A stretch of 61,708 nt of DNA from Candidatus Pacearchaeota archaeon (GTDB taxonomy: Archaea > Nanobdellota > Nanobdellia > Pacearchaeales > GW2011-AR1): NCBI GenBank assembly GCA_016186425.1, contig JACPLR010000009.1, positions 1 to 61,708 on the forward strand, in the 5' to 3' direction. The position numbers and the translations under genes are program-made. Below the pieces are notes generated by a model, which was not told where the DNA came from, made no database searches, and saw only the letters and a program-made list of their open reading frames with translations. Shown here one piece after another: positions 26,756 to 35,255 of this stretch. The stretch's first letter is position 1. The number at the start of each line of letters is the position of its first letter.

Positions 26756-26955
26756 TACCAAATTTTTATTATTTGTAGCTTTGCACGGAAACTCTTTTAT
26801 TATAAATCTTTCGCCTGTTTTTGACCGAGAAGTGCTGTAAAAACTATTAAAATAGGCTATGTTGTCATAGAAAGTCCGCAAGTGTTTATTTACCGCTACA
26901 AAGATATATAAACCAGGATCGATATATTTATATATGAAAGAGGTAAAAAAGAGAG

Positions 26956-27207
26956 ATGATACACAAGAGTAGTATTTCTAATGAAAATCTTGAAGATCAT
27001 AGTTATGTAAGAATAAAAATTAATCATTCTAGAGATAATAAAGTAAAAGGATTCTATTTATTAATGACTAATGGAAATACATATTCTGATAAAAAAGATG
27101 AGTTTATTGTAGAAAAGAGATTTCTTAAATTATTAGAAGGCAATAATATAACCTTTCAGTTATTGCCATTAAACCCCTCAGAAGAAGATGACTCACTTCA
27201 AAATTGA
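26956..27207 (+). CDS. Hypothetical small protein; first gene of an overlapping pair
   Basis: 83-aa ORF that overlaps the next ORF by 20 nt. Confidence 0.4.
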   Translation: MIHKSSISNENLEDHSYVRIKINHSRDNKVKGFYLLMTNGNTYSDKKDEFIVEKRFLKLLEGNNITFQLLPLNPSEEDDSLQN

Positions 27208-27538
27208 TATACAATTGCCTCTTAATTTTAATCCTGAAGATGGTGGAGAGAAAGTCCCTGAGGAATTCTTTTTTGAAACTTATGAAGATTTACTAAAATT
27301 AGCAGGAGGAATAAATACTAGTAATATTCAAATAATTGGTTCCTGGATAAATCCTCATGATAAAAAAAGATATAACGATAAAAGTGTAGTTTATACAATA
27401 TTAGTTGATTCTGAGGATAAAATGACTATTCACAATGCTACCAAAATAAAAGAATTAAAAGAATATAAAGAAATATTAAAGAAAAAATTCAAACAGCATG
27501 AAATATTTATGGTAGCAAGTCGTTGCGTTTGGCTATAA
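27188..27538 (+). CDS. Hypothetical protein; second gene of the overlapping pair
   Basis: 116-aa ORF, FKIDIQLPLNFNPEDGG...FFFETYEDLLKLAGGINT...GSWINP...YNDKSVVYTILV. No named family was recognised. Confidence 0.45.
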   Translation: MTHFKIDIQLPLNFNPEDGGEKVPEEFFFETYEDLLKLAGGINTSNIQIIGSWINPHDKKRYNDKSVVYTILVDSEDKMTIHNATKIKELKEYKEILKKKFKQHEIFMVASRCVWL

Positions 27539-27541
27539 AAA

Positions 27542-27688
27542 TTATAATTTCTTATCAAACAACCTTCTCAAAGCATCGCTAACAACCTCTGCCCTTGATC
27601 TATAGCCATTTTTAGATCTCTTAATATACTCATCAATTTTCTTAGCTAATTCTTCATGAATTGAAACATTAACATATCTTGCCCTCAT
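27542..27688 (-). CDS. Ribbon-helix-helix (CopG-like) DNA-binding protein, 48 aa
   Basis: MRARYVNVSIHEELAKKIDEYIKRSKNGYRSRAEVVSDALRRLF. A GGAGG lies 9 nt upstream of the ATG at 27688. The longer 27865 start in the ORF track is hydrophobic junk. Confidence 0.65.
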   Translation of the reverse strand: MRARYVNVSIHEELAKKIDEYIKRSKNGYRSRAEVVSDALRRLFDKKL

Positions 27689-27770
27689 TATTTTACTACC
27701 TCCTTGTAGTCCACTACAAGTAAGCGATAAGTTTTTATAGGACTTTTCACTCACAGGTAAATGATAGAAA

Positions 27771-28295
27771 ATGATAACAAAAACTAATAAAAAGTTTGAA
27801 TCATTAAGAAAAAAAGCTGAAAAGGCAATAACTGAAATCTGCAAAGATGAAGAAACAATACTCAAGTTTATGGAAGAAGCAGAGGCAAGGCATGAACATA
27901 TATTTAGACCTAGACCAAGAATACTGCCAGATAATACATTCTTACCACCTTTAGAACATTCTCCAGATTTTGGAACAAATCCAAATTCAGCTATTCCCCA
28001 TAGCCTTTTTAGTTTTTCAAAAACATTAATACATAAACCTTCTCATATTAGTATAATATTACATATTGATGACTATTATTATTTTAAAATATTACATCAT
28101 CGCCATTGGGATATTTTAATTTACCATAAGGGAGAGAAAAGATTGTATAAAATAGAACCCGAACATAGATTTCATGAACATCACCATAAAATAAAAAATA
28201 TGTCTAAATTTAAAGAATTAATGAAAGAGAAATTCCCAGAAAAAAATCTGGATTATATGCCTTATGCTCATCAAAAAAATATTCAAAATGGATAA
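27771..28295 (+). CDS. Hypothetical His-rich protein
   Basis: 174-aa ORF with HHRHWDILIYH and EHRFHEHHHK. No family was recognised. Confidence 0.4.
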   Translation: MITKTNKKFESLRKKAEKAITEICKDEETILKFMEEAEARHEHIFRPRPRILPDNTFLPPLEHSPDFGTNPNSAIPHSLFSFSKTLIHKPSHISIILHIDDYYYFKILHHRHWDILIYHKGEKRLYKIEPEHRFHEHHHKIKNMSKFKELMKEKFPEKNLDYMPYAHQKNIQNG

Positions 28296-28950
28296 TATAG
28301 ACAAATTACTAGAAGAGAAATTTATGATTGGATATTTCAGATTTTCTGTATATCCAAAATTCAAAGTTAAAATAAAAGAAGTTATAAAAAAACATAATAA
28401 AGAAATAAAATGGATTTTTAAAGAAGAAGAAAGTAGAGATGAAAATGGAGATAAAGTTATTCGTTTAGAATTATATACTGATAAAGGAAGTTTAAATGAA
28501 TTTAGCGAAAAAAGGGCATTTTTTATCGGTTTAATTGAAAATATTTTTGAAGTAGTAGGATTATACCTTGATGAAGATACGGCTACAGAATACAATAAAA
28601 ATTTTATTGGTATTGCTTCTGGGAAAGATTTTATAGATCTCAAAAATGTAGATATTAATGTAAAAAATAATATAACTTATTATTATATAAGTTGTTTTGG
28701 AGAGCGATTATATTTCCTTGGGGATGTTAATAAAATAATAGAAGCCGAAAAGAAATACCCAAAAATAACAGAAAAAATATTTGGAGAAACTGTTCAATCA
28801 TGGTATGAAAGAAATGTAGAGATTATTAAAAAAATATTTGTAAACGAAGAGAATTTTAAAATTTCTAAGGCAATTGTAACAATATTAGAGAAGAATAGCC
28901 ATATAAGAAAGATTCCTTACAAATTAAAAAAATTTAGAATAGCTACATAA
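28264..28950 (+). CDS. Hypothetical protein
   Basis: 228-aa ORF that overlaps the upstream ORF by 32 nt. No family was recognised. Confidence 0.4.
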   Translation: MLIKKIFKMDNIDKLLEEKFMIGYFRFSVYPKFKVKIKEVIKKHNKEIKWIFKEEESRDENGDKVIRLELYTDKGSLNEFSEKRAFFIGLIENIFEVVGLYLDEDTATEYNKNFIGIASGKDFIDLKNVDINVKNNITYYYISCFGERLYFLGDVNKIIEAEKKYPKITEKIFGETVQSWYERNVEIIKKIFVNEENFKISKAIVTILEKNSHIRKIPYKLKKFRIAT

Positions 28951-29214
28951 TTAAAACTTAGGTTTTCTTGCTCTCAAAAACTTTCTTATTAAATCAATAT
29001 CTGATTTATAATAATTTCTATTGCCTTTTGGCATAGGCTGAATTATTTTCTCTTTTCCCATTAAAGCCATTCTTCTTTGAGTTGTAACTGGATGAACACC
29101 TATTTGTTTGGCAACTTGAGAAGGAGTTACTTTCATTTTAGTGCTGGAAATAGCTCTAAGTATTTCTTTATCTATCGGGTGTAACTTCCTAAAGGGCTTA
29201 ATTATTTTTGACAT
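28951..29214 (-). CDS. Small HTH DNA-binding protein
   Basis: VTPSQVAKQIGVHPVTTQRRMALMGKEKII is helix-turn-helix-like. Confidence 0.5.
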   Translation of the reverse strand: MSKIIKPFRKLHPIDKEILRAISSTKMKVTPSQVAKQIGVHPVTTQRRMALMGKEKIIQPMPKGNRNYYKSDIDLIRKFLRARKPKF

Positions 29215-29458
29215 TTTTCTTTAATCTAATTGAATATTCTTTTGTTTCTGGATCGCACTCTATTACAAATATATCTCCTTTTTTAATATTTAACTCTTCT
29301 ACAAAAGCTATTGGGAGTTTTAGACTATACTGCAAACCATTGCCTCCTTTACTTTCCAATACTTTTACTTCCTTAACAATCTTTGTTGGCAATCGTGGTT
29401 TTAATAATTCTTCAATTTCCTCAATTTTTTCTTTATCTTCATCTCCTTTTGATTTCAT
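29198..29458 (-). CDS. AbrB/SpoVT-domain protein
   Basis: YSLKLPIAFVEELNIKKGDIFVIECD. The gene overlaps the downstream HTH gene by 17 nt. Confidence 0.55.
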   Translation of the reverse strand: MKSKGDEDKEKIEEIEELLKPRLPTKIVKEVKVLESKGGNGLQYSLKLPIAFVEELNIKKGDIFVIECDPETKEYSIRLKKNVKNN

Positions 29459-29650
29459 TAATATTTTTAGTGTTAATACTTTATAAATTTATCTATATAT
29501 AGCACTTATATTATTCACTATAGAAATATTTATAAAGGTATAAATTAGTAGCACTATTATATTTCATAAATAAATATTCCTCTAGGGGAAGATAAGGAGT
29601 CCTCTCAATTAAGCTGGATCAACCAGGTAAGAGGATTCCCAATATCTAAA

Positions 29651-30655
29651 ATGGAAACACAAGCAGTTTTACCAGTAGAAACAAAATATAGTCAGAATTG
29701 GCATAAGTATAATTTAGCTAAAACACACGAGAAAAGAATGTTCTATCAGCTTCTTCATGAATTATGCCAGATTATTCCTGAACCTGATTATAAATTTGGG
29801 AGACCACCAATACCAATTAAAGATATGATTTTCTGTTTAGGACTAAAGTTATATTCAAATTATTCTGGGAGAAAGGTTATGTCTGATTTAGTTCATGCTG
29901 AAAGAGCTAATTACATTATGAAATCTCCTCATTTTAATACTTTAACGGATTTTTTAGCCTGTGATATAACTTATGATCTCCTTCAGAAGATTCTTACAAT
30001 TTCTGCTATGCCTCTTAAAGAACTTGAAGACCAGTTTAGTATAGATTCAAGTGGTTTTGGTTCATATCAATATGAAAGATGGCAAAGAGTTAGATTTTCA
30101 AGGTCTTATGAAGTTAGCTCAAGAAATTATCTTAAAGGACATGTTTGCATAGGAACAAGAACTAATGTAATTGTAAGTGCAGAAGCAACATACGGCAATC
30201 TTTCAGATGTAAAGCAGGCACCTGCTCTTCTTGAAAAGGTAGGAAAGAACTTTAATATAAAAGAGGTTTCAGCAGATAAAGCATATAATGCCCATAGAAT
30301 ATTTGAAATTATCGAAGAAATGAATGCTAAGCCATTTATAGCTTTCAAATCAAATGCAAATCCAGGTAAGGACTCGCCAGAAATATGGAAGCGAATGTAT
30401 GATTATTTCGTCCTTAATCGTGAAAGTTTCATGAAACACTATCACAAACGTTCAAATGTTGAAACAACCTTTGCCATGATAAAACTTAGATTAGGAGAAT
30501 TTTTAAAGTGCAAAAATTATACAAGTCAGAGAAATGAACTGCTGATGAAGTTTATCTGCCATAACATAACTTGTCTTGTTCAAGAAATATTTGAGAGTGA
30601 TGTTCACGTTGATTTTCGTGAATGCATGAAAAAATATGTTGAGGTTAAAATTTAG
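29651..30655 (+). CDS. DDE transposase (IS4/IS5 superfamily)
   Basis: DDE triad context: FSIDSSGFG, EVSADKAYN, and YHKRSNVETTFAMIK (Y-x2-R-x3-E-x6-K). No clear terminal inverted repeats were identified. Confidence 0.8.
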   Translation: METQAVLPVETKYSQNWHKYNLAKTHEKRMFYQLLHELCQIIPEPDYKFGRPPIPIKDMIFCLGLKLYSNYSGRKVMSDLVHAERANYIMKSPHFNTLTDFLACDITYDLLQKILTISAMPLKELEDQFSIDSSGFGSYQYERWQRVRFSRSYEVSSRNYLKGHVCIGTRTNVIVSAEATYGNLSDVKQAPALLEKVGKNFNIKEVSADKAYNAHRIFEIIEEMNAKPFIAFKSNANPGKDSPEIWKRMYDYFVLNRESFMKHYHKRSNVETTFAMIKLRLGEFLKCKNYTSQRNELLMKFICHNITCLVQEIFESDVHVDFRECMKKYVEVKI

Positions 30656-30833
30656 TTTTCGGTCAAGCTTTTTTAGTCAGCGAGACTTTTAGTGCAAGTC
30701 CATTATTTGTAGCTAATTAAGAAAAGTAACAAAAGCTTTATAAAGGCTTTTTGCTTTGATTTATAAACCTTACTAAAACCTTTTAAAAGTTATATTTACT
30801 TAAATATCCTATAAACAAAATACTTCCCATAAA

Positions 30834-31760
30834 ATGGCTGCTTATGTTAAACGATGTCCGGAATGCAACAGCGTCAATCTTACTTATGACGACGAGAAAG
30901 GAGAAGTTATCTGCAATGACTGCGGGTTGTTAATTGAAGAAAAGATGGTTGATACTGGAATTGATCTTTCTGGAAAATTTGATAAGTCGGAGAAAAAAGG
31001 AAGAGGTGGAGCTCCAATGAGCATGCAGAAATTTGACAAAGGGCTTACAACAAATGTAGGAGAGATTTCTGATATTTACAAGCTTGATACAAAGCAAACA
31101 AGAAAATTCTTAAGGCTAAAAAAATGGCAGGAGCGTGTAAGCACAAGCATTGAAAGAAATTTAAGGCTTGCAATGGCTGAATTAAGGCGAGTTTCTTCAT
31201 TCTTAAACTTGCCAACTGTTGTCAGCGACGAAGCAGCTAGAATTTATAACTATGTATTACAAAGAGGGTATGTTAGAGGCAGAAGCATGGAATCTGTTAT
31301 AGCTGCCTGTATTTATGCTGCCTGCAGGTCTTATAATATTCCAAGAACTCTAGATGAAATTGCGCAGGCATCTGATATGGAAAGAAAGGAAATTGGCAGG
31401 ACATACAGATTTATTATACGAAGGCTTACAATAAAAGTAACTCCAAGCTCTCCTAATGATTATATCTCAAGATTCTCAAGCATTCTTCATCTCTCGCCAA
31501 AAACACAAAATCACGCTCTAAGAATTTTAAAAAAGGCAAATGACGAAGAGTTAACTTCTGGCAGAGGCCCTGCAGGAATAGCAGCAGCTGCTTTATACGT
31601 GGCTGCTTTGCTAAATGACGAGAAAAAAACTCAGAGAGAAGTTGCAGATGTTGCGGGAATAACAGAGGTTACAATAAGAAATCGTTACAAAGAGCTAATT
31701 GAAAAGCTTGGCTTGGAAGACAAAATGAAACTCAGTGAGCTGGAAAAGAAAAAAGCTTAA
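30834..31760 (+). CDS. tfb: Transcription initiation factor B (TFB/TFIIB)
   Basis: N-terminal Zn ribbon CPECNS...CNDCG, followed by two cyclin-fold repeats (RGRSMESVIAACIYAACR; GRGPAGIAAAALYVAA). Confidence 0.9.
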   Translation: MAAYVKRCPECNSVNLTYDDEKGEVICNDCGLLIEEKMVDTGIDLSGKFDKSEKKGRGGAPMSMQKFDKGLTTNVGEISDIYKLDTKQTRKFLRLKKWQERVSTSIERNLRLAMAELRRVSSFLNLPTVVSDEAARIYNYVLQRGYVRGRSMESVIAACIYAACRSYNIPRTLDEIAQASDMERKEIGRTYRFIIRRLTIKVTPSSPNDYISRFSSILHLSPKTQNHALRILKKANDEELTSGRGPAGIAAAALYVAALLNDEKKTQREVADVAGITEVTIRNRYKELIEKLGLEDKMKLSELEKKKA

Positions 31761-31864
31761 TGAGTTAGAAAAGAAAAGTGCATCAAAATGAAGCTTCCTA
31801 CAACAATAGGATATAATAATTATCTAAACCTAATATTTAATTTTATTATTTATTTGAAAACATA

Positions 31865-31930
31865 CAATAAAAATTTTTCATTTAGAAAAATTTAGCCTTA
31901 TTCAATATTCATCAACTTTTAATCTATAAC
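31865..31930 (+). repeat. Family-A intergenic repeat, short or degenerate copy
   Basis: Hairpin aaatttttc-attta-gaaaaattt at 31871-31893 is followed by agccttattcaatattcatc. Confidence 0.45.
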
Positions 31931-32220
31931 TAAAATACTCGCTATTATTTTATATTTTTACATATTATAGTTTTGTTCATAAGATAAAACCTTAAGTATT
32001 ATAAAAAATAACTAATAGTAAACTAATAGTATTTTGTCATAATTATAAAGTAACAACAACCGAAAGGTTTTTAAATAAGTATTAAGCTCTAATTCTATGG
32101 AAACTCCAAGAATAACTGAAATAACAGAAGAACAAATGTTAGATTTAGGTAATAATATACGTGAATTATATATGAATTATACTCATGGGGAATTACTAGA
32201 ATATTCCTTAAATAATTAAA

Positions 32221-32925
32221 ATGTTAAAAAAAACCATCTTCTCGGTTTTAGCACTATTTTCAATAATCCTAGTATCTAGTTTATTCTCATTGCAAATGAC
32301 TTCAGCAGAAATTATATGGTCTCTGCCAACAGAAGTAGAATTTACAATTGTTTCTCCAACATTTGATTTCAGCATTCTAAGCCCTATAAACAAAGTTTAT
32401 CGCACTAAAAGCATTCCTATAGAACTCGTAGTAAATAAACCTGCATCTTGTTCATATTCTTTAGATAATAATGCCTATACATTTCTTGGAAACGGAATAA
32501 ATCTAAAAAGAACAATAAGAACCTCAAGCGGGTCGCACAATCTAAGGATAAAATGCAATACAAATTCTGAAGAAAAAATAAAAAGCGTTGATTTTAAAGT
32601 TAAAATTTCCCAAGATAATAATTTTAATCAGGTAGATGAAGACAATGCTTTTGAAGAACAAATAATTCAAACTAATCAGCCAAGATATAGTGAATGGACT
32701 TGCATAAATAATAAATTACAAAGAATAATTACAATAAATAACCTAGACAGCATAGAATATGGAGGAGTTTGTGGATTGGAATTAACATCAGGCAAAAAAG
32801 CAAAACTTAGTTCGAATTCATTAACATCATTAAATAGCTGGATAATTTTACTTCCATTAATTTTAATCCTTTTAATACTAATTGCCTTGGTTTCTATAAT
32901 TTTGGTTATGTTTTTAAGAAAATAA
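32221..32925 (+). CDS. Secreted, C-terminally membrane-anchored protein (hypothetical)
   Basis: Signal peptide MLKKTIFSVLALFSIILVSSLFS and C-terminal TM WIILLPLILILLILIALVSIILVMF followed by LRK. Confidence 0.5.
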   Translation: MLKKTIFSVLALFSIILVSSLFSLQMTSAEIIWSLPTEVEFTIVSPTFDFSILSPINKVYRTKSIPIELVVNKPASCSYSLDNNAYTFLGNGINLKRTIRTSSGSHNLRIKCNTNSEEKIKSVDFKVKISQDNNFNQVDEDNAFEEQIIQTNQPRYSEWTCINNKLQRIITINNLDSIEYGGVCGLELTSGKKAKLSSNSLTSLNSWIILLPLILILLILIALVSIILVMFLRK

Positions 32926-32929
32926 ATAA

Positions 32930-33003
32930 TAAAAGACACCTGCGGTTTCTCTTATGACGCTTCCCTTAAATAGCTAAGTTACCCTTATCAACCCTTCCTT
33001 AAA
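32930..33003 (-). repeat. Family-B hairpin repeat, 2 units in reverse orientation (the second is degenerate)
   Basis: aaaagacacctgcggtttctcttatgacgcttccctt begins right after the stop codon at 32925. Confidence 0.5.
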
Positions 33004-33100
33004 TTTAGAAATCATGCTATAATTTTACCTACTTTATCAGCTTGAAGTGCTAGATTTACCAGTTTTAATTAATAAATATAAACTTAATCTAATAATTTTA
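32998..33100 (+). repeat. Family-A intergenic repeat, deletion variant (tail part)
   Basis: aaatttagaaatcatgctataattttacctactttatcagcttgaagtgctagatttaccagttttaattaat closely matches 57825-57890. Confidence 0.45.
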
Positions 33101-33229
33101 ATTAACTTAATAATTTATTTTCAATATTTCAAGATTAATAATTTCTGCGAAGCAGACTATCTTAATTCTTAAGGGTGGGTGGGAGGGTAAGAGATACTTT
33201 TTTAAGCAAACATAATCTCATATTTTTAC

Positions 33230-33334
33230 GCAGGGGTAGCGAAGTGGTCAAACGCACGGGACTCAAGACTTGAGGCGATAAGTTAGAAATCCCGTTCCTT
33301 AGTGGATTCACAGGTTCGAATCCTGTCCCCTGCA
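33230..33334 (+). tRNA. tRNA-Leu (anticodon CAA) with a canonical 21-nt intron
   Basis: Class II tRNA: GCAGGGG, D arm GCG-AAGTGGTCAAA-CGC, anticodon arm CGGGA-CTCAAG[acttgaggcgataagttagaa]A-TCCCG, long variable arm, T arm ACAGG-TTCGAAT-CCTGT. Confidence 0.85.
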
Positions 33335-33424
33335 TTTTTAGAGAGAATTAATTTTACCATAATATAAATTTAAAACATATCAAACCTAAATCATCTAAAT
33401 CAAGATTAATAAATATTAAATAAG

Positions 33425-33490
33425 GCATAAATTTTCTTAATATGAAAATTTATTTATTGTAATGATTCAAGCATATAATAAAAACTTAAG
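33425..33490 (+). repeat. Family-A intergenic repeat, short copy
   Basis: Hairpin aaattttc-ttaatat-gaaaattt at 33429-33451 is followed by atttattgtaatgattcaagc. Confidence 0.5.
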
Positions 33491-34123
33491 CTAATCCATC
33501 CAGACATCATATAGTCTAACAGAAACTTTTTTTTCATGAAAGAATCTTTTTAATTCATTTACATATTCTATGGGAACTAAAATATCTCCCTTTCCTAGTT
33601 TTATAGCATTAATTTTCTCAGCCAATCCAGCATATTTTTTCTTGCCTATTTTAAATCCAAATAATTTTCTAAAAATAGAAACTCTTTTGCTATCTGGCTT
33701 TATATTTTCAAAAGAAAATATTGTATAATGCTTGACTTTTTCAATATCTGACTTATATTTTCCATAAAGCATTATTCCCGTATTCATAACCGCTCTTTTA
33801 AGATCTTTCCATTCATTACTATCTAATTTTCCCGAAATTATGGATATTTCATTAGCAAGGCCTTTCAATTCCCATTCTTTATAAGAGTTTGTTTTATAGT
33901 AAGCCTCAAGTATATTATTTATCTTTTTTTCTAATTTCTCTGATTTAATATCTCTAACATCAATAAAGAGGTCAATATCAGACTCTTCATCAAAATCTCC
34001 TCTTGCAACCGAGCCATGCAAAATAATCCTGTTTATTTCACCATTTTCCACTTTAGATAAAAGATAAGAGGCAAAATCCATTGCATAGGCTATAAGTTCA
34101 TTTGTTTTCAATATTTTTTCCAT
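33491..34123 (-). CDS. Pol-beta-superfamily nucleotidyltransferase (MNT-like) with a C-terminal extension
   Basis: ILHGSVARGDFDEESDIDLFID is the GS-x-D-x-D NTase motif. Confidence 0.7.
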   Translation of the reverse strand: MEKILKTNELIAYAMDFASYLLSKVENGEINRIILHGSVARGDFDEESDIDLFIDVRDIKSEKLEKKINNILEAYYKTNSYKEWELKGLANEISIISGKLDSNEWKDLKRAVMNTGIMLYGKYKSDIEKVKHYTIFSFENIKPDSKRVSIFRKLFGFKIGKKKYAGLAEKINAIKLGKGDILVPIEYVNELKRFFHEKKVSVRLYDVWMD

Positions 34124-34523
34124 TTTTTAAGCCTCCCAAGTTATCATTTATAATTTTCCTAAGCTCATTAAAATTCCTTATGGATTTGTTAATTCTATTT
34201 TTCGGCTTTCTATTCTCATAACACAAAGCAGTTCTTTCCAATTCAATAGATTTCATTAATAATAAAATTCCTTGTTTTGAAGGAAAGTCAAATGGAATTC
34301 TTTTTTTAATTAAATTGTCGCTTTTAAAAATTCTATGGTCTATTTGATCTCCAGAACCCTGCAAAAGTCTTAATTTATGCAGATATATAGCCAAAAGCTC
34401 AACAGAGCCTTGAGAAATATTATAGCCGATATTTCTCTGATTTTCTTCAATGCCTTCTTCAATAGCTTTCTTTATGTTGGCCAAATGCTCTTTGTAAGCT
34501 TTTTCATGCTCTTCTATTTTCAT
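34098..34523 (-). CDS. HEPN-like helical protein (putative partner of the NTase)
   Basis: All-helical 141-aa ORF that overlaps the NTase gene by 26 nt. No clear Rx4-6H motif was seen, so the call is tentative. Confidence 0.4.
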   Translation of the reverse strand: MKIEEHEKAYKEHLANIKKAIEEGIEENQRNIGYNISQGSVELLAIYLHKLRLLQGSGDQIDHRIFKSDNLIKKRIPFDFPSKQGILLLMKSIELERTALCYENRKPKNRINKSIRNFNELRKIINDNLGGLKNGKNIENK

Positions 34524-34570
34524 TTTATTGTATTGTTAATCTATTAAGCATAATTAATATTAATTTATTG

Positions 34571-34645
34571 TTACTTTTGTAACATAAGTTTATTACATTT
34601 GTAATATTTAAATCTTTCGTCCATTAACTTTGGTTACGTTTGTAA
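34571..34645. promoter_or_regulatory. Three TTAC-N4-GTAA palindromes (candidate operator array) upstream of the HEPN-like/NTase operon
   Basis: ttacttttgtaa at 34571-34582, ttacatttgtaa at 34593-34604 and ttacgtttgtaa at 34634-34645. Spacing is 22 and 41 nt, and the array lies 50-120 nt upstream of the ATG at 34523. Confidence 0.4.
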
Positions 34646-34777
34646 TATAATGTAAAGAGGAATTAAAATTAAACTCTTTTTTTCACCCGCATTTTTATCA
34701 TTACTTTATAATAGTTACAAATAGAAAGATTTATAAACCATAAATCTCTTAAAATAATAACCTAAATGAGGTAAAAA

Positions 34778-35143
34778 ATGGAAACACAAACATACGAACC
34801 AGTTAAAGAATTTGCAGAAAAAGCAGAAAACTTTGTTTATAGAATGAGAGATCTCAAAGAAAGAGTATATCAAGCAGTAGTTAATTCAAATAAAGTTGGA
34901 ACTCAAAGAGCCTTATTTGAACTATATAAACATAGCCCCGAAGCAACAGAACTAAGTGAACCAGGAACAAACCATTGGAACATTGATGCACTACGCAATT
35001 TACCTATAAGAGTGTCTGCAATGTTAAGGCAAGGAATACCAAACGAATTAGAACAAAGACTTATTGCTGTGTCAGGTGAGGCTTCATTTGTTGCAAAAGA
35101 AGTAGAAAAATTTGAAGAAGCTGCAAATAAAAAAGTAGCTTAA
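34778..35143 (+). CDS. Hypothetical protein
   Basis: 121-aa ORF with an SD-like gaggt upstream. No family was recognised. Confidence 0.4.
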   Translation: METQTYEPVKEFAEKAENFVYRMRDLKERVYQAVVNSNKVGTQRALFELYKHSPEATELSEPGTNHWNIDALRNLPIRVSAMLRQGIPNELEQRLIAVSGEASFVAKEVEKFEEAANKKVA

Positions 35144-35255
35144 TTTTTTTATTTTTATTCTCTTTATTAATTTATATTATTTTCTATAAAGAATTACACC
35201 TTACATTTATTTTAGTGCATTTCTCCCGCATTTTCAGAAAGAATTAAGAAATAAA

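Noticed and set aside
29560-30720. Terminal inverted repeats for the IS4/IS5-type transposase.
   Set aside because: Only short, poorly aligned similarities (aagctggatc versus aagcttgacc) were found at inconsistent distances from the ORF. IS boundaries are therefore not called.
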